Positions 13,294 to 23,950 of a stretch of 64,000 bases of DNA are shown piece after piece (the first letter of the stretch is position 1; the number at the start of each line of letters is the position of its first letter). Below the pieces are notes generated by a model. It searched no databases. It saw only the letters and a list, made by a program, of their open reading frames with translations, and was not told the origin of the DNA. The stretch is taken from NCBI GenBank assembly GCA_046351515.1, contig JAXLYJ010000005.1, forward strand, positions 114,892-178,891, given 5' to 3'. Origin of the DNA: Polyangiales bacterium. GTDB lineage: Bacteria > Myxococcota_A > Polyangia > Polyangiales > Ga0077539. The position numbers and the translations under genes are program-made.

Positions 13294-14720
13294 TCAAGTG
13301 CTGCGTTTCGTGTGCGCAACTCTTCAGTGACGGATCGAGCGCGTGTCCGCTGTGCGGCGCGGCGCTGTTGCCGTCGAGCGACGGGCCTCCGGTGGTGGAC
13401 GGTCGCTACCTGGTCGAGAAAGAGCTCGGCCGCGGTGGGGCGGGACGGGTGCTGCTCGCGAGGGACGTTCCGCTGCGGCGAAAAGTGGCGCTGAAGGTGA
13501 TGGCGAACTATCGGCCCGACCGCGAGTCGGTGCGCGGCTTCTATCGCGAGGCGAGCGCTCTCGCGAGCGTGCGCAGCGAGCACGTCGCGCAGGTGCACTC
13601 GTTTGGGTTGAGCGACGAGGGCTGCTTCTTCGCGATGGAGTTCATCGCGGGCAGCTCGCTCGCCTCGGTGATCGACGATCACCGAAGGGCAGCGGCGTTC
13701 ATCCCGAGGCACCGAGGCATCAGCGTGCTCAAGCAAGTGGCCAACGGGCTCGCGGCCGTGCACGCGCAAGGAGTGATTCACCGCGACGTGAAGCCCTCCA
13801 ACGTCGTGATCGAGCGCGACACCGGCCGCGCGGTGCTCGTGGACTTCGGCATCGCGATCCACAGCGCCGACGTCGATCAGCAAGACGAAGACGTCCTGCA
13901 CGGAACGCCCGCGTACATGGCCCCCGAGCAGATCATCACCGAGAACGGGATCACCTCGCTCGCCGACGTGTACGCGCTCGGGTGCACGGCGTTCGAAGTG
14001 CTCACGGGGCAGCTCCCGTTCAAAGCCGAGAGCATCCAGATGCTGCTCGCGAAGCAAGTCAGCGAGGCGCCGCCGCTGGTGTCCTCGGTGCGTCCCGAGC
14101 TGGGATTTCTCGACTCGATCATCGCTCGCGCGATGGCCAAAGAGCCGAGCGAGCGCTTCGAGAGCGCGCAGGCGTTCGCCTCGGCCCTCGACCACGCGCT
14201 GTTCACGATGACGCAAGACGACCTCGCCGAAGCGCGCTCTGCGGTCGCTGCCGCCGCGCGAAAGCCCGACGTGTTGGGCGGCGCGGCGGTGCGCGTGCTC
14301 GTGATCGACGACGACCCTGTGTTCGGCGTCTTCGCCTCGCGCGCGGTCAAGGCCGCGTTCGGAAACAAGCCCGAGAGCGTCGCCGTCACCGTCGTGCGCT
14401 CGGGGGCCGACGCGCTGGCGCTCGAAGGGGCGCTGCCCAACCTCGTCTTGCTCGACTATCACATGCCCGGGATGAGCGGCGTCGAGGTGCTCTCTGTGCT
14501 GCGCGAGCGGCCGGGCGGGCGCGAGATGCGCGTGATCGTCGCGAGCGGCAGCGCGGGGGCCGAGACGCTCGCGCGCTTCGCGCTGCTCGGCGTGACCGAG
14601 TTCGTGAAGAAGCCCGTCGACTTCGGCAGCTTCGTGCAGCGCCTGAAGGACATCGCGCGCGTCAACGGCTGGGTGCGCGCGCCGGACGAGACGATCATCG
14701 GACAGGCGAAGCCTGGCTGA
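13290..14720 (+). CDS. Ser/Thr protein kinase with N-terminal zinc-ribbon and C-terminal receiver (REC) domain
   Basis: GTG start at 13290 overlaps the HK stop (GTGA), with GGAGG 8 nt upstream. CxxC...CxxC, then kinase motifs GRGGAGRV, VALK, HRDVKPSN, DFG, TPAYMAPE. C-terminal REC with LLDYHMPGMSG. Confidence 0.85.
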
Positions 14721-14834
14721 GCCAGTATTCAAGTCACCGCTGTTTCGATGGGTGAATGCGCGTCCTCGCGCCGCGCCGTGCCCCGCGGGCCGTCGGGCGC
14801 TGCGCGGCGGGCGCGAGAGTTGGTATGAAGAGCC

Positions 14835-15494
14835 ATGACCACTGAGCACTACAAGCTGTACAGCTACTGGCGGTCGAGCGCGTCGTGGCGCGTTCGATGG
14901 GCGCTCGCGCACAAGGGGATCGCGTTCGACAAGGTGATCGTCAACCTGCTGAAGAGCGAGCAGCGCGCGGACGAGCATCGCGGGCGCAATCCGATCGGGC
15001 ACGTTCCTGCGCTCGAAGTGACGCCGGGGAGGTTTCTGGCCGAGAGCGTGGCGATCATCGAGTGGCTCGAAGAGACGCACCCCGAGCCGCGGCTGTACCC
15101 GACGGACCCGTGGGCGAAGGCGCGCGTGCGACAGGTGGTCGAGCTCGTCAACGCGGGCATTCAGCCGCTGCAGAACCTCGTGGTGCTCGACAAGGTCTCG
15201 AGCGACCCCGAGGCGAAGAAGGCCTGGGCACACGATTTCAACTTGCGTGGTATTTCAGCGCTCGAATCGCTGCTGAAGTCGATCGATCACGAGCTCGGCG
15301 AGGGGCGCTTCGCCGTGGGCGACGCGCTCAGCGCGGCGGACTTGTTCGTGGTGCCGCAGGTGTATTCGGCGCGCAGGTTCGGCGTGGACGTGGCGCCCTT
15401 CGCGCGGGTGCTGCGCGCAGAGGCGAGCGCCCTCGCGACGCCGCACGCCGAGGGCGCGAAGCCCGAGTCGCAGCCGGACGCTCCGAAGAGCTGA
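14835..15494 (+). CDS. maiA: maleylacetoacetate isomerase (glutathione S-transferase zeta class)
   Basis: N-terminal YSYWRSSASWRVRWALAHKGI is typical of GST-zeta/MAAI. 219 aa. Confidence 0.8.
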   Translation: MTTEHYKLYSYWRSSASWRVRWALAHKGIAFDKVIVNLLKSEQRADEHRGRNPIGHVPALEVTPGRFLAESVAIIEWLEETHPEPRLYPTDPWAKARVRQVVELVNAGIQPLQNLVVLDKVSSDPEAKKAWAHDFNLRGISALESLLKSIDHELGEGRFAVGDALSAADLFVVPQVYSARRFGVDVAPFARVLRAEASALATPHAEGAKPESQPDAPKS

Positions 15495-15524
15495 GCGGAT
15501 CGCGTGCGGCCGCGCGGGTGAGGG

Positions 15525-16032
15525 CCCATCGGCGCTGCCAATTCGCAGGCCCCACCCGCGCTGCCGCGCGCCGGTTCGCAGGCCCCCACCCGCGCTACCG
15601 CGCGCCCGTCTTCGCAGCCCCCACCCGCGCTACCGCGCGCCCCGCCCCGCAGAGCGAGGGCGGCGGCTCTGCATTGGGAAAACAGCGACGGAATCGAGTT
15701 CGTTGATCGCACGGAGACCTTGCGCTGCAAGGTCTCTTCGGTGCGCGAAGCGGCTCGCGACACGGCGCAACACGACGCAACGCGAACGCTCGGCGCAAAC
15801 CGTGATCAGCGGAGCCGCTTCGCTCCGTGAGTGGTCGCTATCGAGGCCATCGAAGCCCTTGCAGAGCAAGGGTTCCCTGCGATCAACGCCGTCAACTCCG
15901 TCACTGTTTTCCCAATGCAGAGCCGCCGCCCTCGCTATGCGGGGGCGGGGCGCGCGGCAGCGCGGGTGGGGGCTGCGAACCGGCAGCGCGGGTGGGGGCT
16001 GCGAACCGGCAGCGCGGGTGAAGGCTTCGTCG
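15525..16032. repeat. roughly 500 bp nested inverted-repeat element (about 160 bp arms containing about 33 bp tandem sub-repeats, about 215 bp internally palindromic core); MITE-like or structured-RNA-like
   Basis: Left arm 15528-15685 (3 copies of TTCGCAGGCCCCCACCCGCGCTACCGCGCGCC..., then CTGCATTGGGAAAACAG) is the reverse complement of right arm 15904-16030 (CTGTTTTCCCAATGCAG...GGCAGCGCGGGTGGGGGCTGCGAA x2). The core has further palindromes (CCTTGCGCTGCAAGG, CCCTTGCAGAGCAAGGG, GAAGCGGCTC/GAGCCGCTTC). Mirror-image ORFs appear on both strands. Confidence 0.8.
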
Positions 16033-16124
16033 CTTCGCTCGCTCGCACCAGCGCCGGTGGCGCGATTACTCACTGGGCAGCGCCGCTCGGGACCGCGCGT
16101 CCCCTCGTCCCCTCGTTGCGCTCG

Positions 16125-17695
16125 TCAGCGCTTCTTCGCTGCCTTGCGCACGATCAACGCGAGCGCTGCGAGCGCGCTCAAAGAGCCCAGCGCGAGCTTG
16201 CTCTTCGTCGCAGGAGTGACCTTGGGTTGAACTCTGCGCGGGCGCTGCACGGCGTTGCTCGCGGCGGGCGCGAGCGTCCCTGCGGGCCGACCGCGAATCC
16301 CGAGCTCGGCCACGGTCGTGCTCACCACGCGCGGAAGCTCGACGGCCGCGCCCGTGCGCGTCGCGAGGTCGAGCGCGGGGCGCGTGGGCTGCGCTTGAGT
16401 CCCGCTCGGAGGGCCGCCCCAAACGCCGCGTCGCGGGTTTTGGCAGGTGATGGGACCGGTCCAAGCGTGGCGGATCGCGTAGCGCGCTTGAAAGTTGTTT
16501 CCTCCGTACTGCGCGGGCTGAGCGCCGGTCTCGATCGCGTGCGTCTGCGGGTCGATCACGTGCTCGCGTCCGCCGACGACCGCGCCTGCCTCGCGAAACA
16601 CGAGGTCGGCGTTGAGCGACTGCGCGTTGTAGCGCGTGTGCATGCGCGTGACGGTCATGTTGTTCGCGAACTGCATGTTCGACCCGATCACGTCGGCGCC
16701 GAGCGTCGCGAGGTCCGCGGGCTGCAATGGAGGCGTGGGGCACGGGTCGCACGAGCTCGTGGCCCACGAGTACTCCGTGACCACGGCGCGGCCGTTCATG
16801 CGCTCGAGCGTGCGATCGAAGAGCGTGGTGTAAAACGACCCGAAGCCCTCGCGCACCGAGTCAGTGACGTCGAGGTTGGTGGGGATGAAGACGTTGGGAT
16901 AGTTGGCCACTTCGAAGCGCGAGGTCGGATGCAAGACGTACACGATGAGGTCTTGCTTCTCTGGCGCGTTGAGCAGCCCCAGGCGAACGGGGAGTCGAAA
17001 GTCCTGCGTGTCGTAGTGAAACCGCAGCGGAGAGAGCCTCGCGCCCCCGTCGGGCCTGCGCTGCACGCGGTGAATGTCCACGCGCGCGACGAAGAACTTC
17101 ATCCCCTCGCGAATGTACGGCGCGAGCGCGCCGCAGCGCCGTTCGGAACGTTGTAGCGGTTCTGTCTCAGCCACGTCTCGAGCCCAGACGACTGCGTCGC
17201 GGACAAGATCAGGATTTGATACTCGCCCACGGTGAATCGCGCTTCGATGCGAACGCCGAGGTCTTGCTCGCGCATGCGAACGCTCGCCCCAGTTGCGGTC
17301 GGCATCGCGCGGGACGTTGGGGCGTCGGCATATCCGTAGGTCGGTTGAAAACAGGGGTCCTGCTCCCAGTACTCGACGAGCCTCGGCGCGGTCAGCGACT
17401 CGATCCGCGAGAACACGTCGTGCGGCAGCGTTCGCACGTTGGCTTGCTGAAGCACGATGGGGACGGGGACCACCATCGCGAAGTCCTGCGGCGGCCCGTC
17501 GTAGTCGTTGCTCATCGTGAGCACCGTGCGCTGGCCGTGGCGCATGAGCGCGACGCGCGTCGCTTTGTTCGTGAGCTGCTCGCTCGATCCCGAGACGTAG
17601 AAGCCGCAGAACGCGTCGGCGCTTCGCGCGTGGCCGAGCGCGGCGCTCGCGAGCGCGAGGGAGAGTGCGAGCGCGGTCGTGGTCGAGCGAGTCAC
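16125..17695 (-). CDS. DUF2330-like secreted/membrane-anchored protein; apparent 1-nt frameshift near 17120-17150
   Basis: N-terminal part in the frame of ORF 17099..18109 (GTG 17695 preceded by GGAGGA; signal peptide TTTALALSLALASAALG; CGFYVSGSS...). C-terminal part in the frame of ORF 16125..17174, ending with a TM anchor plus KAAKKR. The frames differ by 1 nt inside GGCGCTGCGGCGCGCTCGCG. Confidence 0.55.
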
Positions 17696-17721
17696 GGTGA
17701 GTCCTCCGTCGATGAGTGGGT

Positions 17722-19629
17722 TTAGCGGGCGCGGAGCTTGCGCGCGTCGCCGATACGAATCGTGACCTTCTTCACGTCGAAGTACTCGGCGAGAGGAATG
17801 GTCCATTTGCGCGACGCGCCGGTGATCGTCTTGAAACCCTGCGCGTCGATCGATCCTTGGGCCTCGATCCAGGCCACGAGCTTCTTTTCGAGCTCGAGCA
17901 TGGACGCCGCGTCCGCGTAGAACTCGGGCGAAATCTTCACGATGTCCCCGCGCGCCACGAGGCGGTCGAGCGCCGGCGCGAGGGCCTTGGGCTCGACGCG
18001 CAGCGACTGCGCGACCTCGTCGACGCGCGGAGGCATCACGCCCGCGCTGCAAATCGCCTTGCGAACGGGCTCGAGGTGCGGGACGGCGTCGGGGTCCTTC
18101 GGCTTCCATCCGGCGCGGGCGTAGACGTCTTGGTCGCGGCTCACCTTGCGATCGGCGACGAGCTTGGCGAGCAGGGCGTCCATCAGCGCGTCGTCCCCGA
18201 GGGCTTTGAGCGCGCTGCGCGTGAGCCCGCGCGAGGCGGGGTTGGCAGAGTGCTCGGCGGAGAGCGACTGAAGAATCTTCTGCGTCACCGGCGCCGCTGC
18301 GCTCGCGCTCACCCAGCGCTCTCGCGTGATCTGCACGAGCCCCGCGGTGGCCATCGCCGCCTCGTCGAGCGTCGCTCCGACGCGCGCCGAGAGCTGCTGG
18401 GGAGAGAGCCCTTTGAGCCCCGCGGCGTCGGACTCGGCGCGCAGTCGAGCGTCGCGATCGTCTGCGTTTTCAGCGACGGATTTCGCTCGCGCGAGCGCGG
18501 TGTCGCGCTTCTTCACGCGCTCGGCGACCGGACGAATCACCACGCCGCCGCCGAGCGTCGAGCCGAAGCCCGCGAGCGAGGGCGGGCCGCGCAGGACGAA
18601 GCGCTCGTTGGGTCGAAGCGCGACGGCGCTCTCCGTGGTGATGCGCGCGATGGCCTTCGAGCCCGGCTCGAGCGACTCGCCTTCGAGCAGCGCGACCGCG
18701 CAGAGCGTGTGCGCGGCGCCGACGGCGAGCTCGAGCTTGCTGCGGCGTCCGAGCTCGTGACGCGTGCTCGCGAGCAGCGAGACCTCGGCGTCGAAGGCGT
18801 AGGTGAGCGCGACCTCTCCTTCGCGCATGAGCCACGCGCCGCGCGGGACCTCGCCGCTCTCGATGCCGGCGATGTTGACCGCGACGCGCGTCCCCGCCGA
18901 GGCCTGTGTCACAGAATCGCCGTGAATTTGCAGGGCGCGCACGCGCACCTCGCGCGCTTCGTCGTCGAGTCCCACCGGCGCGACCACGAGCGAGTCGCCC
19001 TCGCCAACGGCGCCGGAGACGAGCGTTCCGGTCACGACCGTGCCGAAGCCCTTGCGAACGAAGACGCGGTCGATCGGCAAGAGCGTCGGGCCGTCCGAGG
19101 CGCGCGGCGCGACCGCTGCGCGGGCGAGCGCTGCGCGAAGCTCGTCGAGTCCGCGGCCGGTGTGCGCGCTCACCGCGACGATCTCCGCGTTCTGCAAGAA
19201 CGTCCCCGCCACGGTCTCGCGCACCTCTTCGATCGCGAGCTCGAGCACGTCGTCCGCGGCGAGGTCGGACTTGCTGAGCGCGATCACTCCCGCGCGAACG
19301 CCGACCAGCTCTGCCACCGCGAGGTGCTCTCGGGTCTGCGGCATCACGCCTTCGTTCGCCGCGACGACGAGCATGCAGAGGTCGAGGCCTCCGGCGCCGG
19401 CGATCATCGCGCGGATAAACCTCTCGTGGCCGGGCATGTCGACGATCGCGGCGCGTCGACCGCCGGGCAGCTCGAGGTGCGCGAAACCGAGCTCGATGGT
19501 GATTCCGCGGGATTTTTCTTCGGGCAAACGATCGGTGTCGACGCCGGTGAGCGCCTTCACGAGAGCGGTCTTGCCGTGATCGATGTGTCCTGCGACGCCG
19601 ATCACGAGGTCCGAGGGACGAGCGGTCAT
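17722..19629 (-). CDS. selB: selenocysteine-specific translation elongation factor SelB
   Basis: GTP-binding motifs GHIDHGKT and DMPGHERF. Long C-terminal winged-helix SECIS-binding extension. 636 aa from [14 protein letters not shown]. Confidence 0.8.
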   Translation of the reverse strand: MTARPSDLVIGVAGHIDHGKTALVKALTGVDTDRLPEEKSRGITIELGFAHLELPGGRRAAIVDMPGHERFIRAMIAGAGGLDLCMLVVAANEGVMPQTREHLAVAELVGVRAGVIALSKSDLAADDVLELAIEEVRETVAGTFLQNAEIVAVSAHTGRGLDELRAALARAAVAPRASDGPTLLPIDRVFVRKGFGTVVTGTLVSGAVGEGDSLVVAPVGLDDEAREVRVRALQIHGDSVTQASAGTRVAVNIAGIESGEVPRGAWLMREGEVALTYAFDAEVSLLASTRHELGRRSKLELAVGAAHTLCAVALLEGESLEPGSKAIARITTESAVALRPNERFVLRGPPSLAGFGSTLGGGVVIRPVAERVKKRDTALARAKSVAENADDRDARLRAESDAAGLKGLSPQQLSARVGATLDEAAMATAGLVQITRERWVSASAAAPVTQKILQSLSAEHSANPASRGLTRSALKALGDDALMDALLAKLVADRKVSRDQDVYARAGWKPKDPDAVPHLEPVRKAICSAGVMPPRVDEVAQSLRVEPKALAPALDRLVARGDIVKISPEFYADAASMLELEKKLVAWIEAQGSIDAQGFKTITGASRKWTIPLAEYFDVKKVTIRIGDARKLRAR

Positions 19630-19650
19630 GTGCGTGTAGAGTATCTGCCC

Positions 19651-21384
19651 ATGGCACACCGATCGACGCAGTTCTGTCTCTGGATGGCTCCGTTGTTGGC
19701 GCTCGCGAGCGCCCGATGCTCACCGCCGCCGCCGTCGCCGGACGCTGAAGCGTCGGTGAGCGACGCGACCAGTGACATGAGCGCGCCGGACGGCGGCGAG
19801 CAGGACGGCTCGATGATCGCCGGTGACGCTGGCGCAGACGCTTCTCCCGCGTGGCTCGAGCCGTGGGCGCCCGGGCCGCGAGCGCGTCCTCGACAGGGAT
19901 TTCTCTGGGGAAGCGCGACGGCGGGCTATCAGATCGAGGGCCAGCTCGACAACACCGACTGGGCCATCTGGGAGTCGATGGGTCGCATCGTGAACAACGA
20001 TCGGGCCAACGACGGGCCGCGCTCGTACGAGCGATGGATGGACGACGTGAACGCGCTGCGCGAGAGCGGACAGACCGCGTATCGCTTCGGGATCGAGTGG
20101 GCGAGGCTGTTTCCGACGCGCGCGAGCTGGGAGGCGTGTCGCAACGCGACGGGCGACATGGCCGCGAAGGTCGCGACGTGCCGGATGCAAGCGAGCGCGA
20201 CGGGCAAGGCGTACTACCACCAGCTCATCGACGCGCTGCGCGCGAGCACGCCGAGGATCGTCCCGATGGTGACGCTCTATCACTGGACGATGCCGGACTA
20301 CATCGCTGATCCCCGCATGGATTTTCGCACGCAGGGATGGATGAACATGCGGATGCGATCGGACATGGCGCTGTACGCCGCGGTCGTCGCGGCCGAGTAC
20401 GGCGAGACGGTCGACTGGTACGTCACGCTCAACGAGCCGATGGTGCACGTGCTCGCGGGCTACCTCGACGGGCGGTTTCCGCCTGGAAGAACGCTGGAGA
20501 TCGACGGCGCGGTCACCGTGCTGACGAACATGGTCTACGCGCACGCGGCGATGTACGACGCGATCAAGCTGTTCGATCGCACGACCGCCGAGAGCACGGG
20601 GCCGATCAGCCCGACGCAGCCGTCGTACGTCTCGATCGCGCATCACATTCGACGGATGTACGGCGCGAACCCCGCGAGCACGATGGACGCGCGCGCGGCG
20701 ACGAAGGCCGACTGGCTCAATCACAAGCTCTTCTTCGAGGCGATCGTGCGCGGCAACCTCGATGCCAACGGCGACGGAACCGTGAGCGCCACCGAGCCCA
20801 CCAACGACCCCGCGCTGCGCGGCCGCGTCGACTACCTCGGGATCAACTACTACGGGATGACCACGATCCGCGCGAACGCAGGGATTCCGCTGGTCGGAGG
20901 GCTGCCTGTGAACGAGGAGCTCGAGCGCGGGCTGCCCAAGACCGACTTCGGCTGGGACATCTATCCACGCGGCTTCGAAGAGGTGCTCGTCAACTACAGC
21001 CGCGAGTACATGCTGCCGATCGCGGTGACCGAGAACGGGATCGCCGACGCGCGCGACGTGAATCGTCCGCGGTTCATGCTCGAGCACTTCGCGGCGATGT
21101 TCTCTGCGATGCAGCGAGGAGCGAACGTCGTCGGCTACTTCCACTGGTCGACGGTGGACAACTTCGAGTGGGTGGGAGGCTACTGCCCGCAGTTCGGCTT
21201 GTACTCGGTCGATCGAACGAACCCGATGCGACCGCGAACGGCGCGTCCGAGCGCGATGCTCTATCGCGACGTGATTCGCTCGGGCGAAGTGACGGACGCG
21301 CAGCTCACGATGGCCGCGGCGTACCAGCATCCTTCGCGCTTCTGCCCGAGCACTGTCATGGCCACCGCCGACGCAGGAATGTAG
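19651..21384 (+). CDS. glycoside hydrolase family 1 beta-glucosidase, probable lipoprotein/secreted
   Basis: GH1 motifs TLNEP (acid/base) and ITENG (nucleophile), with an N-terminal signal/lipobox-like segment. Confidence 0.85.
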   Translation: MAHRSTQFCLWMAPLLALASARCSPPPPSPDAEASVSDATSDMSAPDGGEQDGSMIAGDAGADASPAWLEPWAPGPRARPRQGFLWGSATAGYQIEGQLDNTDWAIWESMGRIVNNDRANDGPRSYERWMDDVNALRESGQTAYRFGIEWARLFPTRASWEACRNATGDMAAKVATCRMQASATGKAYYHQLIDALRASTPRIVPMVTLYHWTMPDYIADPRMDFRTQGWMNMRMRSDMALYAAVVAAEYGETVDWYVTLNEPMVHVLAGYLDGRFPPGRTLEIDGAVTVLTNMVYAHAAMYDAIKLFDRTTAESTGPISPTQPSYVSIAHHIRRMYGANPASTMDARAATKADWLNHKLFFEAIVRGNLDANGDGTVSATEPTNDPALRGRVDYLGINYYGMTTIRANAGIPLVGGLPVNEELERGLPKTDFGWDIYPRGFEEVLVNYSREYMLPIAVTENGIADARDVNRPRFMLEHFAAMFSAMQRGANVVGYFHWSTVDNFEWVGGYCPQFGLYSVDRTNPMRPRTARPSAMLYRDVIRSGEVTDAQLTMAAAYQHPSRFCPSTVMATADAGM

Positions 21385-21390
21385 CGCGCG

Positions 21391-22029
21391 ATGGACGAGC
21401 GCCGACCGTACGCGCCCGCTGAGCAGACGGCGGCACCAACATTCAACGCGACGGCGAGCGGGCTCGCGACGGTCGATTCGGCGCGGGCTGCGAGCGACGT
21501 TCCAAAGGGCTTCTCGGCGAGCGAGCGTCGCGATGCGGCGGGGTACTCGCTCGAGTCGCAGCGAACGACGCGCTCGTTTGCTCTCTCGATGCTGTGGCCG
21601 TCGATCTTGCTGCTCTGGGTCATCGGGGGCGCGGTGGCTTCGCTGCGCACCCTGCTCGACGGCGAATGGGGCGGCGCGCTGGCGCTGATGTTGGTGCTGG
21701 TGGCGCCCGTCGTTCCGTTTGTGCATCGGTTGGTGCGACGGTCGTTCGACGCAGCGCGCATCACGTTGAGCGCCGAAGGTGTGCGCGCGGATGGGGGTTT
21801 GTTGACCATCACCGACGTGGGCGTGACGAGCGTCGCGCTGGGAGACATCTTCGGCTTCGCTGTGCAAAACGAGGGCAGCTCGAAGACCCGCGTGATGGTG
21901 CTCACGCGCGACGGCGAGGCGAAGCTCTTGCGCTGCAACGTCCTCGACCGCGCGCACGCGATCTTCGTCGTGACTCGCTTGAACCGCGAGCTGTCCGCGA
22001 TGCGCGCGGCAGGCCACTACCGAGGGTGA
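21391..22029 (+). CDS. hypothetical membrane protein (2 TM plus C-terminal domain, possibly bacterial PH/YdbS-like)
   Basis: Protein-like ORF with hydrophobic stretch LSMLWPSILLLWVIGGAVASL...LALMLVLVAPVVPFV. Paralogous architecture to the next gene. Confidence 0.5.
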   Translation: MDERRPYAPAEQTAAPTFNATASGLATVDSARAASDVPKGFSASERRDAAGYSLESQRTTRSFALSMLWPSILLLWVIGGAVASLRTLLDGEWGGALALMLVLVAPVVPFVHRLVRRSFDAARITLSAEGVRADGGLLTITDVGVTSVALGDIFGFAVQNEGSSKTRVMVLTRDGEAKLLRCNVLDRAHAIFVVTRLNRELSAMRAAGHYRG

Positions 22030-22033
22030 TTCG

Positions 22034-22669
22034 ATGAGCGACGATCCGTTCGATCCTTCGGTGCTCACTGCTGCGCAGGACACCGCGTGGGCGGCGCCCG
22101 CAGCGGACGCGTCGATGGTCGTGCGCGACGTCGAGCAGACCATCGTGATGGAGGGCAGCAGCGAGCCTCCCTCGACGCTGAAGATGCAGGAGGCCACTCC
22201 GCTCGGAAAATTCCAGGCGATCATCGGTGCATCATCGCCCCGCGCGCGGTCGCTGTTCGCGGCGTTGGCCACGGTCGCGGCGCTCGGGCTCGCGCTGGCG
22301 ATCGCGATGGACGGGCCGCGCGGCGAGCCGGTGTGCGCGGTGATGTCGCTCGTCGCGATGGCGTTGTTTCCGCTGCGCGCCGCGTGGTTGTGGGCGCTCT
22401 CGAAGCACGAGCTCGAGCTCAGCGCGACGCGCTTCTCCGCGGTCTCGCGCGGCGTCTTGGGCCTGGTTCGCCACGAGTTCGACGCGCGCACGATCCACGG
22501 CTTCGGCTATCAGCGACACCCCACACGCCCGTGGCGCTATCAGCTCGTCGTGGTGCTGCGCTCGGGATGGACCGCGGCGATCGACATCGCGTGCTCGCGT
22601 CGAGATGAAGTGCGGTTCGTCGCGCGTCGGCTCAACGCCGAGCTCGCGCTGCTGCAAGCGAAGAAGTGA
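22034..22669 (+). CDS. hypothetical membrane protein, paralog of 21391..22029
   Basis: Same layout: disordered N-terminus, 2 TM (LFAALATVAALGLALAIAM...VMSLVAMALFPL), C-terminal domain ending RLNAELALLQAKK (compare RLNRELSAMRAAG). Confidence 0.5.
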   Translation: MSDDPFDPSVLTAAQDTAWAAPAADASMVVRDVEQTIVMEGSSEPPSTLKMQEATPLGKFQAIIGASSPRARSLFAALATVAALGLALAIAMDGPRGEPVCAVMSLVAMALFPLRAAWLWALSKHELELSATRFSAVSRGVLGLVRHEFDARTIHGFGYQRHPTRPWRYQLVVVLRSGWTAAIDIACSRRDEVRFVARRLNAELALLQAKK

Positions 22670-22708
22670 GCGACGGTGCGCGCTCCGTCACTTCGGCGCG
22701 CTTCGCCC

Positions 22709-23866
22709 CTACCGCTCGGCCTTCTTGACGAACGCGCACACGTCCGAGGCGAGCACCTGCGGCTCGCCGTCTTCGTCGCGCACGCTGGTGACCGCGCGCG
22801 CGCAGGCAACGCAGAAGCGCGCTTCGCCGGCGGTGGGAGAGGCGACGGGCTGCAGCTCGTTCCACAGCATCGGGCAGAGGGTGAGGCGCTTGCCGGCGAT
22901 GACGACGCTGCGCGTGCACGCCGCGGGATGCAGCGGAATCCACGTGGGCTCGAGCGGTCCGAGCAGCGCGTGCACCACTTTGTCGATCGCTCGATCGCGC
23001 ACCGATCGCTCGCGCAGCGCCGCGCGCGCCGGCTCGAGAAGCGCGAGCAACGCCAGCACGTTCGAGTCGATGGGCCAGCGCTGCAGCCAACGCAGCAACG
23101 GCCCGGTGAGCGCGTCGGCCTCGGCGCTCTGGCGAAACTCGTCGTCGTCGATCGCGCGCTGCGCGAGCTGCGCCGCGGCGAGCGGGTGCTCGTCGAGCTG
23201 CGTTGCCCGAGAAAATGCTGGCAAATCATCTCCACCAGCCGGCACTCCCGCGAGCGCGAGCGCCTCGTCGAGCGCGAGCACCGACCGAAACACCCCCGCT
23301 GCGGCGCGATCGAGCACCGCGTCGATCGCTGGATCGCGCGGGAGCGAGGCGCTCATCGTGCGCGCGAGCGAGGCGAACTCCGCTGCCGCGACCGACGGCT
23401 CTTGCGGAAGCGACCCGACCGCGGTCACGGGAAACGCGACGAACACCCTTCCGAGCGCGTCCACCTCGAGCGCGCTGTGAACGACCGCGTGTTCGACGGC
23501 GCGCGCCGCGAACCGCAGCGCCGAGAGCGCTTGTCGCTGATCGCGCCACACGCCCGAGGCGAGCGCGACCTCGATCGAGATCGACGCGACGAACTCGCTC
23601 ACGACCGCCGGACACGGCTTGTTCGCGCTCAAGCAGTACGCCGTGTGAATCCCGTGCAGCGGGACGGTGCCCTCGACCGCCGAGCGCGCACGCACGCGCT
23701 CGATCACGTCCGTGCAGTCCACGTCGTGCTCGAACCTGTGCACCCAAACCAGCCGCTGCGCGACCTCGTCTCGGGCGAGCCAGCGCGACGCTGAAGGGCC
23801 ACGCCACTGCGGGGCCACCATGGTGTACGCGCCCCAACGGTGCGGGTCGTCCTTGCGGTTGGGCAT
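22709..23866 (-). CDS. hypothetical protein (possibly degenerate kinase-like fold)
   Basis: 385 aa protein-like ORF with balanced composition. No clear catalytic motifs. Confidence 0.4.
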   Translation of the reverse strand: MPNRKDDPHRWGAYTMVAPQWRGPSASRWLARDEVAQRLVWVHRFEHDVDCTDVIERVRARSAVEGTVPLHGIHTAYCLSANKPCPAVVSEFVASISIEVALASGVWRDQRQALSALRFAARAVEHAVVHSALEVDALGRVFVAFPVTAVGSLPQEPSVAAAEFASLARTMSASLPRDPAIDAVLDRAAAGVFRSVLALDEALALAGVPAGGDDLPAFSRATQLDEHPLAAAQLAQRAIDDDEFRQSAEADALTGPLLRWLQRWPIDSNVLALLALLEPARAALRERSVRDRAIDKVVHALLGPLEPTWIPLHPAACTRSVVIAGKRLTLCPMLWNELQPVASPTAGEARFCVACARAVTSVRDEDGEPQVLASDVCAFVKKAER

Positions 23867-23950
23867 GATCTCGAACCCCCGGCAGCATACGCGCTTCTGT
23901 GCAAAGTATGAAAAACACGCAAGCTTCGTTGGCGCCGCGGGGGGCGAGCG

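Noticed and set aside
15520-16035. Possible CRISPR array because of repeated about 30 bp units
   Set aside because: The units are contiguous tandem copies without unique spacers and form two mirror-image arms. This is a palindromic repeat element, not a repeat-spacer array. No cas genes nearby.
17716-19650. N-terminal 645 aa of the plus-strand 1222 aa ORF
   Set aside because: Antisense to selB. Only the C-terminal GH1 enzyme (from ATG 19651) has catalytic motifs.
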